A stretch of 64,000 nt of DNA from a virus. Numbering within the stretch: the first letter of the stretch is position 1; each line of letters starts with the position of its first letter. The stretch lies in IMG/VR virus record IMGVR_UViG_3300027126_000006. One strand, 5' to 3'. The position numbers were made by a program, and so were the translations under genes. Below, piece by piece: positions 35,150-42,972 of this stretch. Under the pieces are notes generated by a model. It was not told the origin of the DNA. It made no database searches and worked only from the letters and a program-made list of their open reading frames with translations.

Positions 35150-35836
35150 TTATTTTGGTAGACGCGCAATATTCAAAAATTCACGTCGAATGTCTGAATT
35201 GGCTTCAGCAAACACTCCTCGTGTTGATAGTGTGACAGTCGATGATCCTGTATCTTGAATACCTCGACTTTTAACACAGTAATGTGATGCATCAACATAT
35301 ACAGCAACATCAGGTGAGTCGGTGATGAAGCTAATAGTTTCACAGATCTGTTCTGTTAGACGCTCTTGCACTTGTGGTCGTTTAGCAAAGAACTCCACGA
35401 TTCGATTGAGCTTGGATAGACCAAGAACTTTCTTATGTGGAATGTATGCTACAGTTGCAAGACCATCAATTACTACAAAGTGATGTTCACAATTAGATTG
35501 TACATTAATATTACGCTCTAACACAAATGAATCTTTGTAATCCATCTTGTTGTCGATTGCAGTACATTTTGGAAACTTTGAGTAGTCCAATCCCCAAAAG
35601 ATTTCATTGACATACATTTTTGCAACACGGTTGGGTGTGTCGATCAACGAGTCGTCAGTGAGATCCAATCCTAGGATTTCCATGATCTTAGTAAAGTGAG
35701 GAACAATCTCTTTGATCTTTGCTTCAGAAGAAGCAGACACCATATCAGTGATTGGCGTTTCGATACCTTTAGATACTAGGTGACGATGGACTGCCATACC
35801 AAGTTCGGCATTACTCTTATGTGCTGGATGTGACAT
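35150..35836 (-). CDS. folE: GTP cyclohydrolase I
   Basis: TPNRVAKM, CEHH, GLSKLNR, PQVQERL, HYCVKSRG. Confidence 0.97.
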   Translation of the reverse strand: MSHPAHKSNAELGMAVHRHLVSKGIETPITDMVSASSEAKIKEIVPHFTKIMEILGLDLTDDSLIDTPNRVAKMYVNEIFWGLDYSKFPKCTAIDNKMDYKDSFVLERNINVQSNCEHHFVVIDGLATVAYIPHKKVLGLSKLNRIVEFFAKRPQVQERLTEQICETISFITDSPDVAVYVDASHYCVKSRGIQDTGSSTVTLSTRGVFAEANSDIRREFLNIARLPK

Positions 35837-35849
35837 TTTTATTTCCTAT

Positions 35850-35917
35850 CTTGACCATTCAGGTTCGTGTGTAGTATCGCAGAGGTGGAATGGTCAAGGA
35901 CGGACCCTACGATACTA
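35850..35917 (-). ncRNA. H-type pseudoknot abutting the folE ribosome-binding site
   Basis: Two interleaved 11-bp stems: 35850-35860/35888-35898 (perfect) and 35872-35882/35907-35917 (one G-U on minus). Confidence 0.7.
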
Positions 35918-35921
35918 TGAA

Positions 35922-36218
35922 TCATTTCTTCGGTGGTTTAGGAGGAAGGTTGGGATATGTACCCCAAGGAACCTTCATCCAATCATCTAAACTAATATTT
36001 TGAATTGGATCTTCAATCCACATTTTAGATATACAATAGTAGCAAAATTTATCCCAGATGAACATTCTAACTTTCGTATGATCGTCGTCGAATGCACCTG
36101 CCTCAGTCATCCAAGTGTGAGATGGGATCTCACGAACATATAGGTTAGCTTTGATCCCTTCTACTATACATTGAATTTTGTCAGAAGACAACTGTCCCAT
36201 TACATTTTCTCCCACCAA
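35922..36218 (-). CDS. Hypothetical protein in the deazaguanine cluster
   Basis: Trp-rich ORF, probable start at 36200. Confidence 0.55.
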   Translation of the reverse strand: MVGENVMGQLSSDKIQCIVEGIKANLYVREIPSHTWMTEAGAFDDDHTKVRMFIWDKFCYYCISKMWIEDPIQNISLDDWMKVPWGTYPNLPPKPPKK

Positions 36219-36649
36219 AAGTCAAAATACCTCTTCTCCAGTGTGCGAGTGAATGGGGTACCAAAGTAATGGTCAACTCCCATCTTCACGTCCGTGTTGT
36301 GAAGGAGTGTTGCAAGGGATGTATGACAGAAGATCTGAGATGTGTTGCACACCCATTGAACTGTCTTACCGCTATCGATTAGGTCATCTACAACCAAGAT
36401 CCTAAAGAACTTTTCACTCAAGTTTTCAAAGTACTGGTATAAGTTCAGATCAGTAGTAACACCATCTCGTGTAGATAAGTTAAGCATTGTTGCCGGGATG
36501 CCCATCTTATGGGATAACGCTACTGCTGGAATACATCCACCTCGAGTCAACCCTACGATGATATCAAACTTTCGTGATCCAATATTTTCGACGATTGTAT
36601 TGATGTCCCTTGTAAACCTTTCAAAAGTATAAAGAATGTGGTCCATCAC
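36200..36649 (-). CDS. Type I (purine-like) phosphoribosyltransferase
   Basis: GLTRGG, PRPP loop ILVVDDLIDSGKT, C-terminal DFWWE. Confidence 0.88.
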   Translation of the reverse strand: MMDHILYTFERFTRDINTIVENIGSRKFDIIVGLTRGGCIPAVALSHKMGIPATMLNLSTRDGVTTDLNLYQYFENLSEKFFRILVVDDLIDSGKTVQWVCNTSQIFCHTSLATLLHNTDVKMGVDHYFGTPFTRTLEKRYFDFWWEKM

Positions 36650-37164
36650 TGATCACCAAACAGATCTTCGTTCCACTCTCGATGACCTTCGCGGAAAGCC
36701 ATATTGGCTTGAGTCTCTCGAACTTCTACTCGGAAGCACCACAACCGCTCGGCTTCTCCAGGGCCCCAATAGTCTGGGATGTACACTCCATTGACAAACT
36801 TATATAGTTGATCTGCCAGTCCTTCACACCCAAGCCTCGGGAGGATAGTTAGCTTAGCCATCTTCTTTTCTTGAAGGAGCAAGTAAGTTTCTAGCTCAGG
36901 ATCGTCTTCTGCCACAAGTAGTGTATGATCAAACTGATCTTGAAGGATCTCTTTGAGGTCTTTAAGACCACCATAGTCTGCTGCCCAATTGCGAACATCG
37001 AGATCGTTAGTGCCAAAGTAAAACTTCATCGAAAAACTATAACCGTGAATCAGGTTGCAATGCGAGTCTGCTCTCCACTGCCTATAAGCACAAGGAAATG
37101 CATCCACATACTCCTTTGTGCTGACAAACTTATATGTTACTGGTTGAACCATATTGCACTCCAT
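36646..37164 (-). CDS. queD: 6-carboxy-5,6,7,8-tetrahydropterin synthase
   Basis: HCNLIHGY, DYGGLK, FDHTLL, VEVRET. Confidence 0.9.
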   Translation of the reverse strand: MECNMVQPVTYKFVSTKEYVDAFPCAYRQWRADSHCNLIHGYSFSMKFYFGTNDLDVRNWAADYGGLKDLKEILQDQFDHTLLVAEDDPELETYLLLQEKKMAKLTILPRLGCEGLADQLYKFVNGVYIPDYWGPGEAERLWCFRVEVRETQANMAFREGHREWNEDLFGDQ

Positions 37165-38042
37165 TATTTACCAATCGCGTTTCCAAAAATATGTACATGA
37201 GCTCGAGTAGAATAGTTGAACCCTCGCTCGATTGATTGTTCGGCGATCGCCGCTTCTGTAACTTTCAATCCTTCAAGAGTGCCTCCAATACCCATAATCC
37301 AAATATCCCAGTTAACGTCAACTTCTCGGAATAAGGAGATTACTTCGTCAAGCTCATCCCATGCAGCTCGACTACCATTGACGACAAACTTAAGCTGTCC
37401 TTTCGAACTCGCCTTCATATACTTAGCAACATTCTCCGGTTTGATAGCCTTACTTCTCTTCTCTCCTGCTACATTCCATAGTTTAGGAGAAATCGACCAC
37501 ATCCATTCAACACCATGCTCATTACGCAATTCCTGGATTAGGTTGAATAGAGGTTCACTAAGAGTTTGAGTGCCATTTGACTCAACAGTAATGAACTTTG
37601 GAATGTTACCTCGATCAATGAATTCAGTTAGCAGCTCAACAATTGCTTTCTGATTCTGTTTCATTAGAGGCTCGCCACCAGTGATACAAAGATGTGTTTC
37701 TTGACCACTTCGTGCATGTTTAAACTTACCAGTAGGAAGTTTACTTTCTAGCTCATCGACTGCTTCGACAGCAGTCTTATCATGCATCAGGTGTTTAAAC
37801 CTCGAGCTCCAAGTGTATGATGAATCACATCCCTTTTCGAATACAGGGAGATCCTCTACACGAGTGATGTTGCTAATATCGATCTTCTCGTATGGAAGAT
37901 CCCATGTATCTGGTTCAGTGGGACAGCTCTGCCCAAAACCATCGCACTGAAGATTACAAAGAAAGAATCTAATCCACAACGACGATACACCACAATACAT
38001 ACCCTCCCCTTGTGGGGAGTAAAAGGTCTCAGAATATTTCAC
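37164..38042 (-). CDS. queE: 7-carboxy-7-deazaguanine synthase (radical SAM)
   Basis: FYSPQGEG, CNLQC...GCDS, ITGGEP, ESNGT, SISPKL. Confidence 0.93.
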   Translation of the reverse strand: MKYSETFYSPQGEGMYCGVSSLWIRFFLCNLQCDGFGQSCPTEPDTWDLPYEKIDISNITRVEDLPVFEKGCDSSYTWSSRFKHLMHDKTAVEAVDELESKLPTGKFKHARSGQETHLCITGGEPLMKQNQKAIVELLTEFIDRGNIPKFITVESNGTQTLSEPLFNLIQELRNEHGVEWMWSISPKLWNVAGEKRSKAIKPENVAKYMKASSKGQLKFVVNGSRAAWDELDEVISLFREVDVNWDIWIMGIGGTLEGLKVTEAAIAEQSIERGFNYSTRAHVHIFGNAIGK

Positions 38043-38209
38043 ACAAGCTCCTCAATGATCCCAACCGCTTCTGCTAGAACTAGTAGCACACCAGCCCATA
38101 CAAATGGGCCACCAACAAGGATTAGTATACCACCAGCCGCAAACCTAAATCCACTTTTAATAAAGCTGACATAGGCATGTAGATTAGGGTTGGGTTGTTT
38201 AAATTTCAT
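38039..38209 (-). CDS. Small two-TM membrane protein (56 aa) heading the que cluster
   Basis: Manual translation MKFKQPNPNLHAYVSFIKSGFRF...LAEAVGIIEELV; stop overlaps the queE GTG. Confidence 0.7.
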   Translation of the reverse strand: MKFKQPNPNLHAYVSFIKSGFRFAAGGILILVGGPFVWAGVLLVLAEAVGIIEELV

Positions 38210-38218
38210 ATGGACCTC

Positions 38219-38226
38219 TATTTATA
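38219..38226 (-). promoter_or_regulatory. Late promoter TATAAATA upstream of the deazaguanine cluster
   Basis: Exact consensus in a short intergenic gap, followed by GAGG SD. Confidence 0.65.
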
Positions 38227-38227
38227 A

Positions 38228-39370
38228 TCAAAACGGGATGTCGTCGTTGCTATCTTCATTTTTAGTTTCGGGTTGTGCTGTAGGATCTTCACCAGCAGAT
38301 ACCTTATCGAACAGGTCAATGAACGCGTTCTTGGTATTGGTGTCGAACCGATTCACGCACAGCTCGATAGCCTTCTTAGTGTTCTTGAACACTGCGTATG
38401 CATTAACGATGTGAACAATACGACGAGTGGTAATGTTCTCATCCACACCACCATCTTCGAATGTCCGACGAATGGCATCCGCCCACTTAACAAGGTCACC
38501 AGCAAACTGTTCATTGACACAGTTCATACTAGTCATCAGATTGTTAATGATCTTCAGTTCCGTCTTAGCAGGAGGGTATTCTTGGTTGAATGTAATCGGG
38601 AATCGCTCGAGGAAGGCCTCGTTAAGGACATTCGTTCCAATGTACCGACCATCATCCGAACCCTTGCCTTTGGTATTGGCAGTCGCGATGATATTGAATC
38701 CACGAGCCGGAGTGATCAACTCGTTCTTCAACTTGAAGTAGTAAGGCTTGCCCTCAAGGATCGGTTGCAAGCACAGGAGAGTGTTCGCTCCACCAGCATC
38801 GATCTCATCGAGAAGCAGAGTCGCACCAGTTCGCATTGCAATCAGAACCGGACCTTCAACTACTTTCACAGTCCCATCTTCAAGAGTCTTTGATCCAATC
38901 AACTGCTCCTCATCAGACAGCATGTTAAGATTAACACGAATCAGAGGACGCTTGTGCTTAGCACAGATCTGCTCGACCATAGTCGACTTACCGTTACCGG
39001 TAGGACCAGCAATGTAGAGAGGATAGAACACTTGGCTCTTGATGATAGTTTCAACATCATCGTAGTTGCCGAACGGCACGTAATTCGAATCTCGCTGAGG
39101 GACAAGCGAGTCAATGTTGTCGTAGTTAACTTCAACGGCTTGAGGCTTCGCTGAAGCGACTTGAGTGTTGAGCACAGTTACATTTGTCATAGGAGAAGCT
39201 CCAATTGAGGCACCATCAATGGAATACGTTCCACGCGATACTGTGTTAGCAGACATCCACTGAGGGACAAACGAAGATACTTCGAGGACTTGAGCTCGAG
39301 TAACCACTCGTGAAGTGGCCACGTCGGGGAACTTCTCAATCAGCTTGGTGATGAACTTTTCGCGACTCAT
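38228..39370 (-). CDS. MoxR/CobS-like AAA+ ATPase
   Basis: GPTGNGKS, LLLDEID, TANTKGKG, NEAFLERF. Confidence 0.92.
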   Translation of the reverse strand: MSREKFITKLIEKFPDVATSRVVTRAQVLEVSSFVPQWMSANTVSRGTYSIDGASIGASPMTNVTVLNTQVASAKPQAVEVNYDNIDSLVPQRDSNYVPFGNYDDVETIIKSQVFYPLYIAGPTGNGKSTMVEQICAKHKRPLIRVNLNMLSDEEQLIGSKTLEDGTVKVVEGPVLIAMRTGATLLLDEIDAGGANTLLCLQPILEGKPYYFKLKNELITPARGFNIIATANTKGKGSDDGRYIGTNVLNEAFLERFPITFNQEYPPAKTELKIINNLMTSMNCVNEQFAGDLVKWADAIRRTFEDGGVDENITTRRIVHIVNAYAVFKNTKKAIELCVNRFDTNTKNAFIDLFDKVSAGEDPTAQPETKNEDSNDDIPF

Positions 39371-39406
39371 ACTTTCTCCATTACAAAATAATCACATTGA
39401 ACATAT

Positions 39407-39436
39407 ATTATAGGCCAACTGGCAATTATTGTCAAC
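39407..39436 (-). promoter_or_regulatory. Early promoter, copy 4
   Basis: GTTGACAATAATTG; TTGACA-N17-TATAAT. Confidence 0.85.
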
Positions 39437-39442
39437 AGCTGC

Positions 39443-41527
39443 TTACGCAACGCTGTCGATGAATTTTGACAGTAGAACCCGAGAGGTTTTCTTGGTAGTC
39501 AGGTACTTCGTAAACTGCTTTGCGATAGTCCGAGTAGAGGCCTTTTCGCTGATGTTCATCTCATCATAATTGATCTTCGTAGTCGTAGCTGCAATCAAGA
39601 ACATCTTGTCACGATTAGTGCCTTGCAAAGATACAAAACCATCTTGGCGAAGTTTAGTCCGAACTTCCTCTGTCCTATTCCACGACTGCTGACGAGAAAT
39701 GTCAGGGTAGTGACTGAGGATTGCATCCATCACATCGCGCCGGCGATTCGGAAGAACATAAAATCCCATGATGACACAATTGTGACGGTCCTTAATCATC
39801 TGAATCAGAGTTTCAGTTTGAGCTGCTGCAGGATATGTCGGCCAATTATATACTTTACGTGTGCGCTCATCCGTCACACAATGTTTAAGTGCAACTCGAC
39901 GCTGACGACCCTCTGCATCAAGTTTATATTTAAAATCATCTTGGCGGTCTAGAATTCCACCCTCTCCATCGCTGAATGTAATCAGAGTCGTTTTCTCTAC
40001 ACGATACTTCTTGTGGAATGAATCGAGGTAGGTGTTGTAGAGATACAGTAGAGCTTCGTTAAGCGGAGTACCACCAAGACCGTACTCTCGACGCAGTCTA
40101 CGGCTACGGACAAGCATTGACATTGAAGTGAAGTCTGTGTTTGACATTTCGCTGCTAAACAGCTCGAGAAGTGAGAACCCCGATGTATTCGGATTGATAT
40201 CGGTATTACCATGTCGACTAGCTTCGACATTCGCACGTCGAATTACCTCCATGTTGAGCACGCTAGAATGATTGCTGAACGCAACAACCGAATGGCGGAT
40301 ACCAGCACGGCGACAGAATGTAACGAGGTTGATCAATTGATCAACAGTGTCGTCGAGGTGATCCATCATTGATCCAGACCAGTCCAACAGAAACACCATT
40401 CCATGGTTCTTGCCTTCAGGTACAGTGGCAACCTTACGGAAGATATCATCGCTCAACTTATACCGCCACACTTTATTCATATCCAGTGATCCGGATTTAG
40501 TAATCTGCGTTCGTTTATAACTGCTCGCAGCTTTCTTCATCTCGAATTCTTTGACGAGGTAGTTGACGTTGTTGTCTGTATTCTGACGGAATGATCGATA
40601 CGCCGTCACAATTTCAGAGTCTCGAGTAACAGGAGTATCGTAACTCACTTCAACGCGAGAGATGATCTGTTTGTATCCAATAACCGGATCATACTCGAGT
40701 GGCACAAACTTGTGGTAGACGTGTTCAGTATTACCATCGACAGTCATCTTCAGCGATTGTGCAAACGCCTCGTTGGTAACAGGTTGAACATCATCTTCTT
40801 TCGCATCTTCTCCAATGTCTTCATTTCCAGATCCCGAAGATGGCTCACCATCTTCATCCTCTTGATCATCCTCCTCTTCTTGCCCCATATCCTCTCGATC
40901 ACCTGACATCGAGGTACCATTTTCTTCGTCTTCGTCCCCAAACTGAGGTTGGGGATCAGGCTGCAATTCGGGTTGACGATTCTCCTGGAGGTAACCATAC
41001 AGCTCTCGCGCCAGGTCAATTACCTCAGGAAGAGTTTCAAGGCGTTCAGCCTTCTCGACGAAGTAAAGCTCAGCTTCCGTAAATTTAATTGGAGTACGAT
41101 AGCCCAACTTGAAGTGGAGGTTGATTCGATCAGCGAGATTCAACTGATCGACATCCACATTGCCGATCTTAAAGAAATCTCGCTCGTGGAGCATATTGTA
41201 TGCCGTGTTGAATACACGACGAAGACCGATGTACTTGTTTTTGATCAGTTTCTCGATGCGAGCATCCTCGAGAATGTTCATGCACCCAGCAAGATTGGGC
41301 TCTTTCTTAGCAGCGTCGACATACAGCTCATCTGTATACAGAGCATGGCCAACCTCATGAGCAACAAGCAGCTCATCTACGATGGGAGGGAGGTCCTTCC
41401 AGAACGGAAGGATCAGAGTACGGTTAATGATATCAAACGCAGCAGTTTCGACTGTGTCTCGAACTACGTTGATGTTCTCGTTGGCCAAGAGCTTGGCCAC
41501 TAGCTGTAGCGATTGCTGTTCGTTCAT
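39443..41527 (-). CDS. CobT-like protein: HExxH metallopeptidase-like domain plus VWA domain
   Basis: HEVGHALYT...EDARIE, acidic linker, MIDAS DWSGS, GGTPL, SDGEG. Confidence 0.88.
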   Translation of the reverse strand: MNEQQSLQLVAKLLANENINVVRDTVETAAFDIINRTLILPFWKDLPPIVDELLVAHEVGHALYTDELYVDAAKKEPNLAGCMNILEDARIEKLIKNKYIGLRRVFNTAYNMLHERDFFKIGNVDVDQLNLADRINLHFKLGYRTPIKFTEAELYFVEKAERLETLPEVIDLARELYGYLQENRQPELQPDPQPQFGDEDEENGTSMSGDREDMGQEEEDDQEDEDGEPSSGSGNEDIGEDAKEDDVQPVTNEAFAQSLKMTVDGNTEHVYHKFVPLEYDPVIGYKQIISRVEVSYDTPVTRDSEIVTAYRSFRQNTDNNVNYLVKEFEMKKAASSYKRTQITKSGSLDMNKVWRYKLSDDIFRKVATVPEGKNHGMVFLLDWSGSMMDHLDDTVDQLINLVTFCRRAGIRHSVVAFSNHSSVLNMEVIRRANVEASRHGNTDINPNTSGFSLLELFSSEMSNTDFTSMSMLVRSRRLRREYGLGGTPLNEALLYLYNTYLDSFHKKYRVEKTTLITFSDGEGGILDRQDDFKYKLDAEGRQRRVALKHCVTDERTRKVYNWPTYPAAAQTETLIQMIKDRHNCVIMGFYVLPNRRRDVMDAILSHYPDISRQQSWNRTEEVRTKLRQDGFVSLQGTNRDKMFLIAATTTKINYDEMNISEKASTRTIAKQFTKYLTTKKTSRVLLSKFIDSVA

Positions 41528-41832
41528 TTCGTATTCAGAGTGGGATTGTAGAGGGCGATGAGCTCTCGCTCGCGTTGATGAGCAGCCTTGCGACCACGGA
41601 CGACTTCAATCACTGCATACTCGAGCTCAGGATCAGTGCGAAGGAATTCCGCAAACTTCCAATCCTTGGTCAGTCGCCGAGCTTTCGATTGATGGTTCTG
41701 CAGTCGAATCTTCACTGATTTGAGGTAGGCTTGGCCTCGAGCCACAGTCAAGCCGATGTATGTATCCCCAGTGGTCGGGCAGTGGATGCCGTAGATCACA
41801 TGGTTTCTGTCTGAGCGTTTTTTCCGATTCAT
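41524..41832 (-). CDS. Minimal GIY-YIG nuclease
   Basis: VIYGIHC...YIGLT, R...H, ERELIA.YNPTLN. Confidence 0.8.
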   Translation of the reverse strand: MNRKKRSDRNHVIYGIHCPTTGDTYIGLTVARGQAYLKSVKIRLQNHQSKARRLTKDWKFAEFLRTDPELEYAVIEVVRGRKAAHQRERELIALYNPTLNTK

Positions 41833-41838
41833 ATAGAC

Positions 41839-41868
41839 ATTATAGCATAGTTGCGAATTAATGTCAAC
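41839..41868 (-). promoter_or_regulatory. Early promoter, copy 5 (predicted leaderless transcript)
   Basis: TTGACA-N17-TATAAT, then 6 nt, then ATG. Confidence 0.85.
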
Positions 41869-41871
41869 CCC

Positions 41872-42507
41872 TCATTTCCAGGGGAGATTAAACCGTTTTG
41901 CACAGATCGGACCATACCCAACTGCCTTCGAACGATCGTCATCCAGCGTCTTCTTGCAGAAGCAGCAAGATCCGGTCAGGCGACCATAGTTAGCAGCAAC
42001 AACCTCAGGATCTGCAGAGAATTCTTTGATCAGATCAATCACAGGCTGGGTTGCCTTCTGAGTGGGGAGAAACTCACCATTCTCCTGGATGCGACCGAAG
42101 AACATAGCAGCACCAAACGGACCACCATCGCTGATCATAATCTGACCGGCATACTTACTGGTAGGACCAGCAATCTTGCAGACAAGTCGCTGACCCGTAG
42201 AGGTCCGCAGTTCGACCTTAACTCGCTTGACGCTAGCCAAAGCCGCAGTCATCATCGAGAAGATTTTCTGCGCGTCAATACGCACAGTATCTGGAAGTTT
42301 GACTGGGTTCTCAATCCGAGTGATGATTACGTTCACGAGATTGATCTGCTTGTCGGTCAAGCGACCATACCGATTGTATCCCATCACAAGGCTACCAGCG
42401 ATCTCAATATCGCGAACAGACATCTTCTCTTTGAGAGAAGCGAGCTTCTCGACGATCGGGCGCTGAGAAGGGTCTTTGGCAACAGGCTTGCTGTAGATGC
42501 GTTTCAT
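41872..42507 (-). CDS. Early protein with C-terminal zinc finger
   Basis: CCFCKKTL...S.AVGYGPICA. Confidence 0.75.
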   Translation of the reverse strand: MKRIYSKPVAKDPSQRPIVEKLASLKEKMSVRDIEIAGSLVMGYNRYGRLTDKQINLVNVIITRIENPVKLPDTVRIDAQKIFSMMTAALASVKRVKVELRTSTGQRLVCKIAGPTSKYAGQIMISDGGPFGAAMFFGRIQENGEFLPTQKATQPVIDLIKEFSADPEVVAANYGRLTGSCCFCKKTLDDDRSKAVGYGPICAKRFNLPWK

Positions 42508-42534
42508 CTGTGTTCCTTTCGTGACAGTAGGGAC

Positions 42535-42564
42535 ACTATAGGATACATCAGAATTAATGTCAAC
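42535..42564 (-). promoter_or_regulatory. Early promoter, copy 6
   Basis: GTTGACATTAATTC; TTGACA-N17-TATAGT. Confidence 0.85.
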
Positions 42565-42573
42565 CCCCGCTTT

Positions 42574-42972
42574 CTACAGGGGTTTTCCGCGATATCTATA
42601 CCAACTCCGCTTCGCTTCTATCCGTTGAACGATTCGTTGGCGATTGATAGCCATGGCGGCCCAATCAGGTTTCCAATCTGATTGAGGAAATCTATCAAGC
42701 TCTCTCCAACTTACCTTCCTGGATGCCGGGTCGATATTGAACCCTCTATCGTACAACTCAGCAATCAGATCAAGCCACCTGTCGAGTAAGAACTTCCGCT
42801 TGTCATAAAAGAACGACACGTGACCCTTGTTCAGAGTGTATGCAGTCCTGATCACATGCTTGGCAGGATCAGATCGTCGAGCCGACGCCATCACCATTGG
42901 CAGCTCACGATACTCTGCCATTAGGTGTTGGTCTGTCAACTCTTGAACAGGGATTACGTTAATACGAGTCAT
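42574..42972 (-). CDS. denV: Pyrimidine dimer DNA glycosylase (endonuclease V)
   Basis: MTRIN...DQHLMAEYRELP, GHVSFFYDK. Confidence 0.96.
   Translation of the reverse strand: MTRINVIPVQELTDQHLMAEYRELPMVMASARRSDPAKHVIRTAYTLNKGHVSFFYDKRKFLLDRWLDLIAELYDRGFNIDPASRKVSWRELDRFPQSDWKPDWAAMAINRQRIVQRIEAKRSWYRYRGKPL

Noticed and set aside
35850-35917. Assignment to a known preQ1 or THF-II (folE) riboswitch class
   Set aside because: I could not match their consensus features by eye; kept as an unclassified pseudoknot pending an Rfam search
33879-38042. Queuosine tRNA modification or folate synthesis as the purpose of folE/queD/queE
   Set aside because: No queC, queF, queA, folB, folK or folP in the window; the TGT-like protein lacks the CxCxxC zinc site of tRNA TGTs; the neighbours are dNTP and replication genes
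38228-41527. Cobalamin biosynthesis (cobS/cobT) auxiliary metabolic genes
   Set aside because: No cobN or other cob genes; generic MoxR/VWA architecture with an added peptidase-like domain
41851-42681. Long plus-strand ORFs (276 aa here; also 38273-38893, 40949-41503, 26640-27098 and others)
   Set aside because: They are antisense shadows of well-supported minus-strand genes, with no recognisable motifs
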